From Gemmatimonas sp. (GTDB lineage Bacteria; Gemmatimonadota; Gemmatimonadetes; Gemmatimonadales; Gemmatimonadaceae), in assembly GCA_031414535.1 (NCBI GenBank), contig JANNVQ010000057.1, positions 101,663-165,662 of the forward strand: 64,000 nt of DNA. Direction: 5' to 3'. The translations under genes were made by a program, and so were the position numbers. Under the pieces are notes generated by a model. That model saw nothing but the letters and a program-made list of their open reading frames with translations, was not told where the DNA came from and searched no databases. Positions 57,646 to 64,000 of this stretch are shown here, piece after piece. Within the stretch, counting starts at the first letter, position 1; each line of letters opens with the position of its first letter.

Positions 57646-58101
57646 TCAGCGTCCGCCGATGCCCGGTGGCGTCGGCGGACGAGTGTTGCTACTGTCGCGC
57701 GCGGCTGCTACGGCTTGTTGAGCCGTTGCGGCGCTGAGCATCCGCTGCACCTGATCGTAGCGTGCCTGTAATTCCTGCAGTGTCGCCGTGAGCGTATCGA
57801 GACGCTCGGCGTCGGCTCGCAGCGCACCAATTTCCTGACTCAATGCGGGCACGCGCGCCGCCTGTCCTGCCATCCAGCCCCAAGTCACTAGGGCCAATAG
57901 GTAGATGAGTAACATCGGGCGCGACGTGAGGACGGCGGCAGCACGCACCTGCCAAGGCCGCAAGACGTAGTGGCGATGCGCGAGTCCGGACTCGCGGTGC
58001 AGATGCACGTACAGCGCTCCACCCTCGACGTCGAAGATGCGTCCGTGCGCATCGCGGGCGCCGGTCGCCTTTACTTGGCGCGGGGTAGGCGCGTGCTTCA
58101 T
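57646..58101 (-). CDS. Bitopic membrane protein with coiled coil (LmdC/M23-N-terminus-like, no peptidase domain)
   Basis: Short cytoplasmic beta-hairpin, one TM, heptad coiled coil, Pro-rich tail. Confidence 0.6.
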   Translation of the reverse strand: MKHAPTPRQVKATGARDAHGRIFDVEGGALYVHLHRESGLAHRHYVLRPWQVRAAAVLTSRPMLLIYLLALVTWGWMAGQAARVPALSQEIGALRADAERLDTLTATLQELQARYDQVQRMLSAATAQQAVAAARDSSNTRPPTPPGIGGR

Positions 58102-59039
58102 TCGCTGTCCCGCCCGAGAATCAGCTCGAGGACGCGCTCAAAATCCTCATGGTTATAGAAGGGAATACGCAGTTCTCCCTTCGACCCCTTGCCGGCTTGG
58201 ACGATGCGTGCGTCGGTGCCCAATCGCCGCCGAAGCCGATCTTCCAGGTGTCGAACCTCCGCGCTCCGCGCGTCCCCGCCCGTGGTTGTGGCGCCTGGCT
58301 TCTTGGCGGTTCCCGCCGCGCGCACGCGCTGCTCGACCTCACGAACCGAGAGTCCTTCAGCAACGACCACGCGTGCCAGATCCGCCATGTGGCCTGGCTC
58401 CCCAAGCCCTAAGAGCGCGCGCGCATGCCCAACCGTGATGGCGCCATCCCACACGAGCCGACGCACCGAAGCGGGGAGCGCAAGAAGGCGCAGTGTGTTG
58501 GCAACTGTTGATCGATCTTTGCCAACGATGTCAGCCACTTCTTGCTGCGTCAGCGAAAACTCTCGGACGAGTTGCTCGTAGCCTTCCGCCTCTTCGATTG
58601 GATTCAAATCGGCGCGCTGAAGATTCTCGACCATCGCCAGGGACAACAGCATCTGATCGTCAACATCGCGTACGACCGCGGGAATCTCTGTCCAGCCCAG
58701 CCGCTGCGCGGCGCGAAAGCGCCGCTCGCCTGCGATGAGTTCGAATCCGTCGCCACGGGGAGCGGGACGTACGGTCACGGGCTGGAGGAGTCCACTGACG
58801 CGTAGGGAAGCCTCGAGGTCCGCAAGATCTTCCTCGCGGAACTCCTTACGTGGCTGGAGCGGGTTTGGTCGAATCTTCGATATCGCCAAGCGACGATATG
58901 GCGAGTCGCTTGCTTGCGGGGCTGGCTCAATCGCAGGCTCGGAACGCACAGGCGCCTCGACTAGCGGAGCCCTGGTCGGCGCACGAGCAATCAGTGCTTC
59001 AAGCCCGCGCCCTAGGCGCCTTCCTTTCTCTGTGCTCAT
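58098..59039 (-). CDS. parB: Chromosome partitioning protein ParB
   Basis: LGRGLEALI, AGERRFRAA, ENLQRADL and HTH motifs. Confidence 0.96.
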   Translation of the reverse strand: MSTEKGRRLGRGLEALIARAPTRAPLVEAPVRSEPAIEPAPQASDSPYRRLAISKIRPNPLQPRKEFREEDLADLEASLRVSGLLQPVTVRPAPRGDGFELIAGERRFRAAQRLGWTEIPAVVRDVDDQMLLSLAMVENLQRADLNPIEEAEGYEQLVREFSLTQQEVADIVGKDRSTVANTLRLLALPASVRRLVWDGAITVGHARALLGLGEPGHMADLARVVVAEGLSVREVEQRVRAAGTAKKPGATTTGGDARSAEVRHLEDRLRRRLGTDARIVQAGKGSKGELRIPFYNHEDFERVLELILGRDSE

Positions 59040-59096
59040 AATTCCTGCAACTGTGAATAATTACGAAAATTGCGTAACTCGTTGTATATTAACGAG

Positions 59097-59864
59097 TTAA
59101 GAGTTTCTATCAAGCAGTTCTTTGGCCACATTCATGTAGGCTTGAGCTCCAACGGAGGCTACGTCGTACAGAATAATCGGCTTGCCAAAAGATGGCGCTT
59201 CCGCGAGCCGTACGTTTCTCGGAACAATCGATTCAAAGACCTTCGCGCCAAAATATTCCCTAGCGTCTGCTGCTACCTGGCGCGAAAGGTTCAAGCGAGC
59301 GTCGTACATCGTGAGCAGTACCCCGTCTATGCCAAGCGACGGATTCACTCCCTGCTGTACCAAGTGGACGGTATTCAGGAGCTGAGAGAGACCCTCAAGC
59401 GCGTAGTACTCGCATTGCAGGGGAATCAGCAGAGAATCCGCCGCAGCCAGCATGTTGATCGTGATTAGACCAAGAGACGGCGGACAGTCAATCAAAATGT
59501 AGTCGTATCGGTCTCGAATCTTTTCGAGGCCGCGGCGCATCGCGAGTTCGCGCTCGTCTTCGTTGACGAGCTCAATCTCCGCACCCGCCAGATCCGGAGT
59601 CGCCGGCAGAACATCGAGGTGCTTGAACTGCACCGCTTTGTGAAGCGCTTCATCAAAGCGGCTAGAGTCGAGAAGCACGTCGTAAACGGTTTCCCGGATG
59701 TCCTCACGGGACAATCCGATACCGCTACTGGCATTGCCCTGAGGATCGCCGTCCACGAGCAGAGTCCGCCGCTCCGCCGCCGCCAGAGACGCGGCGAGGT
59801 TCACGGCTGTTGTGGTCTTTCCGACTCCGCCCTTCTGATTCGCAATTGCGATGATTCTTGCCAC
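59097..59864 (-). CDS. parA: Chromosome partitioning ATPase ParA/Soj
   Basis: NQKGGVGKTT, DCPPSLG and RNVRLAEAPSFG motifs; GTG start. Confidence 0.96.
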   Translation of the reverse strand: MARIIAIANQKGGVGKTTTAVNLAASLAAAERRTLLVDGDPQGNASSGIGLSREDIRETVYDVLLDSSRFDEALHKAVQFKHLDVLPATPDLAGAEIELVNEDERELAMRRGLEKIRDRYDYILIDCPPSLGLITINMLAAADSLLIPLQCEYYALEGLSQLLNTVHLVQQGVNPSLGIDGVLLTMYDARLNLSRQVAADAREYFGAKVFESIVPRNVRLAEAPSFGKPIILYDVASVGAQAYMNVAKELLDRNS

Positions 59865-59935
59865 GGTCTCTCGGTAAATGAATCGGGGGTGTGTCGGCGA
59901 ATATACCGACGCACCCCCCTGCATACTAGTCACAG

Positions 59936-59951
59936 TGTTTCACGTGGAACG
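59936..59951. promoter_or_regulatory. parS: parS site 1
   Basis: TGTTTCACGTGGAACG against the consensus TGTTNCACGTGAAACA. Confidence 0.9.
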
Positions 59952-59973
59952 TCCCACAATCCGTCCGTGGGAA

Positions 59974-59989
59974 AGTTCCACGTGAAACG
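59974..59989. promoter_or_regulatory. parS: parS site 2
   Basis: AGTTCCACGTGAAACG. Confidence 0.9.
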
Positions 59990-60745
59990 CTATGGAGCGA
60001 CAGCCATCTTCAAACGAACGGAGGAGCGAACCGTGATGAGTCCCGTCTCCACTGGCGTCGGAGCAGCATCCGCGGCAGACACGCGCATACGTACCTGGGA
60101 CATCTCAGCCATCGGCATCGCGGAGGCTTCTGAAGTGAGCTCCAAGACGGGACCCAGTCGAACGCCTGCTGCCAAGGCCATAACCTGAGCATCAGCTATG
60201 GCCCTTCGAACTGCTTGGTCCAGCGCCTCGCGGCGCGCCGAGTCCGGATTCGCGAGGGAGAAGTGAGGGCCACCCACATTGGTCGCGCCCTGAGCCAACG
60301 AGGCGTCAATCAGGCCCCCAATCTTGGTCAGGTCCCGAACCTCAACCACCACTTCGTTCCTCGCAACGTATCCAGTCACCGTTGGGCGTCCTCCGTCCTG
60401 CGGATACTGGTACTCGGGTGTCACCTGTACCGCTCGCGTCTGAAGCTGAGCGGCCGCGACTCCCTGACGTCGCAATGCGCCCAAAACCGCAGTCTGAATT
60501 CTCGCGTTATCTGCGCCGGCTTGCTGCGACGTCCGCGCGCGCGTCTCGACGGCCACCGAGATATGTGCGCGATCGGGAGGCACCCGCACCTCAGCTTCTG
60601 CGGATACAAACAAAGCCGGCCGCTCCGCGTGCATCATCGGGCTGTCGTGAGCCTGCGCGTACACGGGCGCCGAAAGCGAACCCAGCAAGGCCAAGGCAAG
60701 CCCTCCACGCATCACAGAAAAAGCCACATCACGAAAAGAATGCAC
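59990..60745 (-). CDS. SIMPL (DUF541) domain periplasmic protein
   Basis: Signal peptide; V.PDRA.I, GY.ARN and A...A...GV.LG patterns. Confidence 0.85.
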   Translation of the reverse strand: MHSFRDVAFSVMRGGLALALLGSLSAPVYAQAHDSPMMHAERPALFVSAEAEVRVPPDRAHISVAVETRARTSQQAGADNARIQTAVLGALRRQGVAAAQLQTRAVQVTPEYQYPQDGGRPTVTGYVARNEVVVEVRDLTKIGGLIDASLAQGATNVGGPHFSLANPDSARREALDQAVRRAIADAQVMALAAGVRLGPVLELTSEASAMPMAEMSQVRMRVSAADAAPTPVETGLITVRSSVRLKMAVAP

Positions 60746-60842
60746 CGCGACTCCTTTTTTATTGTCAAGTTGATACTAAATATCCGCACTTCCCGTCACC
60801 CGTCTTACGAGGCACCCCCGCGTAGACCTACCGCGTGTGGAA

Positions 60843-62813
60843 CTACCGCGTCTGCGCGGAGTCGAGCGCTTCCCACAACAGGGGCGCGTCCACCGAGGAT
60901 CCGCTACGTCGCAGTCTATACACTGCCCGTCCCGGAAAAGCCCTTGCAATTTCTGCCTCGCGCCCGGGTAACCAGCGGGCGTACACGTTTCCATCCTGCA
61001 CGATTCGCCACGGCGCGTAAAGCAGATACCCCGACCGATCATCTTCGAGCCGCGAGATGCAACGTGCCGTATACCGCAAACCCGGAAGACGACGCTCGGT
61101 GAAATCAGGCGATAAATCGCTCGCGACCAATCGCGCAGAATCAACGCGCAACGCCTGCAGCGCGGCCACCGCGGCGCCATCGCGGACGCCGGCTTGTTCC
61201 AGTCCGCCGAGCGACTCCTCAAGCACGCAGGCATCAATGCTGCGATAGAGCATTTCAGATTCCGGCCGAGGAACACCCCGGGCCCACATGCGCACGACGA
61301 GCTCCGCACCCCAGCTCTCTTGAACCAGAACCAAGGCGTTCCTCACCCCAGCATCCTCTGCGGCGTTCGGATCGATTCGCATCGACACGAGCCCGTTGTG
61401 GTACGTCGGGACTCGCACCATCGCCAATGAAAACACGGCGTACGCCGCGCCACCCATCAGTGCCGCCCGCACTCCGCGCCCCACGCCGGGATGCCGCTCA
61501 AACTCGGAGGTCAGTGAGCGTACGCCACGCGCCGTCCACAGAATCAGCACGGGAAGCCACGCAAAGACGAACCGCGGGCCAAGAAAGAATCCATCGTGCC
61601 AGTACGCCCAATAGCCCACGGCAACGAGGCCGGCGGTGCAAAGCAGGTAGCGATCAAGCGCTGCAAGTCGCGCGCGCGAGAACCAGAATCCCAGCACCGG
61701 AATCAACAGCGACGGAAACGGCAGCTCAAACAAATACGTGTTGAGTCGAGTCAAGTAGAGCGCAATCAGCTCAACACCGCGCGCGGGAGTGTGCGCCACA
61801 CCCCACGGGGTCGCGTGAAAGCCAACGGAGTGACCCGGTCCCCAGAGCAGATCGTAGCCGAAGGTGAATGGGTCACCCGTCGTCGCAAAGTTCGCCCAGA
61901 ACAGGAGCGACATTGGCACGGCCACGCCGACCCCAGACAACAGCAGAATCGCCAGCGGTCGCCCACCCACGCGCGCGCGCCAGAGTAGCCAAGCGGCTGC
62001 CGGCAACGCGAAGGCCACCGCGTCCAACGGGCGAACCGTCGCTGCCACGCCGAGTGCGAGCCCAGTAGAAATTCCCCATCCGAGGCTGGCGTTGGGCCGC
62101 ACCGCGCGCACCAACGCACACGTTGCCGCCAGCAACCACAGCAGTGTTGTCGCGTGATTCATGTGCGACCCAAACATGAATGCCGCAAACGGTGTCGCTG
62201 CAAAAAGCGCCGTCGCACCAAGGCGCCACTGCCCAGATGCGTGTGGCTCGAGCTCTCGGAGCAGGAGCCAGAACATCCACACGCAAAGCATTCCCGCCAC
62301 GGGCCCTACGAGCCATGGCGCGCCGAGCCACACGCCCAGCGTGAGCATCGCGGGGCCGCCAATCGGGTACTGCCCGTACGCGCGATCGCCGAAATCCACC
62401 TCATGCATGATCGAGAAAAATTCCTTCGCTCCCTCGATCGGGTGCGTCAGCCGAAACCCGGAAAGATCCTGCGCCTGAAGTAGCTGCACGATCTCGTCAA
62501 TGAGCAGCGGACGACCCGAAAACACCGTGCGCGCGATTGCCGCATAGGTAATGAGAGCAACCACGGAAATGAGCGCTGCCGCCCGGCGCTCCCGCGGAGC
62601 ATCGATGGTTCGCGGAAGGCTCCGAGTGGGCGCACCCGCATTGCGCGAGACGAACCACGTGAGCACACCAAGCCCTGCGCAGAGCCCGAGTCCGAGGACC
62701 CAGTCGCTTAAGCGCGCGCCGTACAGGGAATCCGACTCCCCGCCGGGGATCCAATTCGCCAGCGGTAAGAGCGAAGCCAGCAGGAGTGCGACGGCGATGA
62801 GCCGCGTCACCAC
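60843..62813 (-). CDS. GT-C fold (ArnT/PMT-like) membrane glycosyltransferase, putative
   Basis: About 12 TM segments; first-loop DE motif (LIDEIVQ); YP.G.P, RP.D and GPRF motifs. Confidence 0.65.
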   Translation of the reverse strand: MVTRLIAVALLLASLLPLANWIPGGESDSLYGARLSDWVLGLGLCAGLGVLTWFVSRNAGAPTRSLPRTIDAPRERRAAALISVVALITYAAIARTVFSGRPLLIDEIVQLLQAQDLSGFRLTHPIEGAKEFFSIMHEVDFGDRAYGQYPIGGPAMLTLGVWLGAPWLVGPVAGMLCVWMFWLLLRELEPHASGQWRLGATALFAATPFAAFMFGSHMNHATTLLWLLAATCALVRAVRPNASLGWGISTGLALGVAATVRPLDAVAFALPAAAWLLWRARVGGRPLAILLLSGVGVAVPMSLLFWANFATTGDPFTFGYDLLWGPGHSVGFHATPWGVAHTPARGVELIALYLTRLNTYLFELPFPSLLIPVLGFWFSRARLAALDRYLLCTAGLVAVGYWAYWHDGFFLGPRFVFAWLPVLILWTARGVRSLTSEFERHPGVGRGVRAALMGGAAYAVFSLAMVRVPTYHNGLVSMRIDPNAAEDAGVRNALVLVQESWGAELVVRMWARGVPRPESEMLYRSIDACVLEESLGGLEQAGVRDGAAVAALQALRVDSARLVASDLSPDFTERRLPGLRYTARCISRLEDDRSGYLLYAPWRIVQDGNVYARWLPGREAEIARAFPGRAVYRLRRSGSSVDAPLLWEALDSAQTR

Positions 62814-64000
62814 CGACCGATCTCGAAGAGCAAGTTCTGCAGGTCTGCGGGAGTCACGCCAGGAATGCTCGCGGCTTCGGCAACCGTGGCCGGCCGCCGC
62901 GCCCGCAGCTTCTGCTTGGCTTCCGTGCTCACGGAATGCAGGCTCTCGTAATCCAACCGCTCGGGCAACGCCGTGCCCGCCATCCGTCGCAACCGGGCCG
63001 CCGCGTCGCGCTCACGCACCAAGTACCCGGCGTACTTGATCTCCAGGTCGGCGGTGGTCACGGCATCGGAGGAGAGGTGTGCACCTATGTCCAATGCCGC
63101 AAATAAGTCGCGAAGTGCTACTTTCTGACGCTTGGCGACCTCGATGACTGGCACCGCGTGACGCAGTTCCCGCTCGCCGCTGGCGATCAGCACCGCGGCG
63201 GCGGCCGACGGGGGAAGACTGCTGCGCTCCGCCAACTCTAGCGCCCGTGCCTCATCTTGCAGGCGCCGCTCAGCGCGGGCACGTTCGGCGTCGGAGAGGA
63301 GGCCCAAACGCTCAGCCGTTGGATAAAGCCGCGGGATGGCATTGTCCTGACGCACCGTGAGGCGGAACTCCGAGCGTGAGGTAAAGAGTCGGTACGGCTC
63401 ATCAACTCCCCGGGTCACGAGGTCGTCCACCATCACGCCGATGTACGAGGACTCGCGTCCGAACGTGATCGGCTCGAGCGCAAGCGCGTGTGCCGCCGCA
63501 TTCAGGCCGGCTACCACCCCTTGCCCGCCCGCCTCTTCGTATCCCGTCGTGCCATTGATTTGGCCCGCGAGGTACAACCCCGCAACCGCACGCGTCGCGA
63601 GCGTCGGCCACAACTGGGTGGGAGGGACGAAGTCGTACTCGATGGCGTAGCCGGGTCGCGTCATCACGGCGCGTTCCATGCCCGGAATGCGGTGCAGGAG
63701 CTCGACCTGCGCGTCCACAGGCAATGACGTCGAGAGCCCATTCACGTACATCTCATGCGTATCCAGTCCTTCTGGCTCCAAGAAGAGCTGATGGCGCTCT
63801 GCGTGGGGAAAGCGCACAATCTTGTCTTCAATGCTCGGGCAGTAGCGCGGGCCGAGTGAGCCGATGGCGCCGCCATACATCGCACTCTCGGCGATTCGCT
63901 CGTGCACAAGCGCCTTCGCGGCGTCTTCGACATACGTGATGAAGCAGGGCATTTGCTCCGGATGCCGCGTGCGGTCGCCGGTGCGACGAGGCGTCGGCCA
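62807..64000 (-). CDS. mnmG: tRNA uridine-5-carboxymethylaminomethyl modification enzyme MnmG (5' part outside window)
   Basis: GPRYCPSIEDK, AGQINGTTGYEEA and EPYRLFTSRSE motifs. Confidence 0.96.
   Translation of the reverse strand, partial: WPTPRRTGDRTRHPEQMPCFITYVEDAAKALVHERIAESAMYGGAIGSLGPRYCPSIEDKIVRFPHAERHQLFLEPEGLDTHEMYVNGLSTSLPVDAQVELLHRIPGMERAVMTRPGYAIEYDFVPPTQLWPTLATRAVAGLYLAGQINGTTGYEEAGGQGVVAGLNAAAHALALEPITFGRESSYIGVMVDDLVTRGVDEPYRLFTSRSEFRLTVRQDNAIPRLYPTAERLGLLSDAERARAERRLQDEARALELAERSSLPPSAAAAVLIASGERELRHAVPVIEVAKRQKVALRDLFAALDIGAHLSSDAVTTADLEIKYAGYLVRERDAAARLRRMAGTALPERLDYESLHSVSTEAKQKLRARRPATVAEAASIPGVTPADLQNLLFEIGRW

Overview
High-GC, gene-dense bacterial chromosome segment spanning the replication origin. 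Gene content and style (GWxTD protein, Tat-type TldD, paired M16 peptidases) suggest a Gemmatimonadota-like organism; this is inference only. The core is mnmE-yidC-yidD-rnpA-rpmH <> dnaA-oriC-dnaN, with rnpB, polA, parS-parA-parB-bactofilin and a partial mnmG. Also present are tRNA-Phe, amtB-glnK, pheA, a long leftward gene run (rpoE, anti-sigma, holA, SPOR, mutS, cbs, ddl, QueE-like, rhomboid-like, queF), a nucleoside-type ABC transporter, a type IV pilin and many peptidases. I saw no mobile element, prophage or CRISPR array. Most notable leads: (1) a cysteine-free, apparently catalytically dead QueE homolog, followed by a rhomboid lacking its catalytic motifs and a QueF with an active-site insertion; (2) a translationally coupled zincin + Ddl-like ATP-grasp pair next to a Tat-type TldD/TldE; (3) a second DnaA-box/IHF-like cluster 17 kb from oriC and a recurring 9-7-9 quasi-palindrome; (4) an M23-less LmdC-like anchor plus bactofilin in the parAB operon; (5) heptamer-built palindromes; (6) sigma54-type promoters ahead of an ECF sigma factor and a pilin; (7) a widespread leaderless-mRNA signature. 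All family calls come from motif recognition by eye, not database searches.
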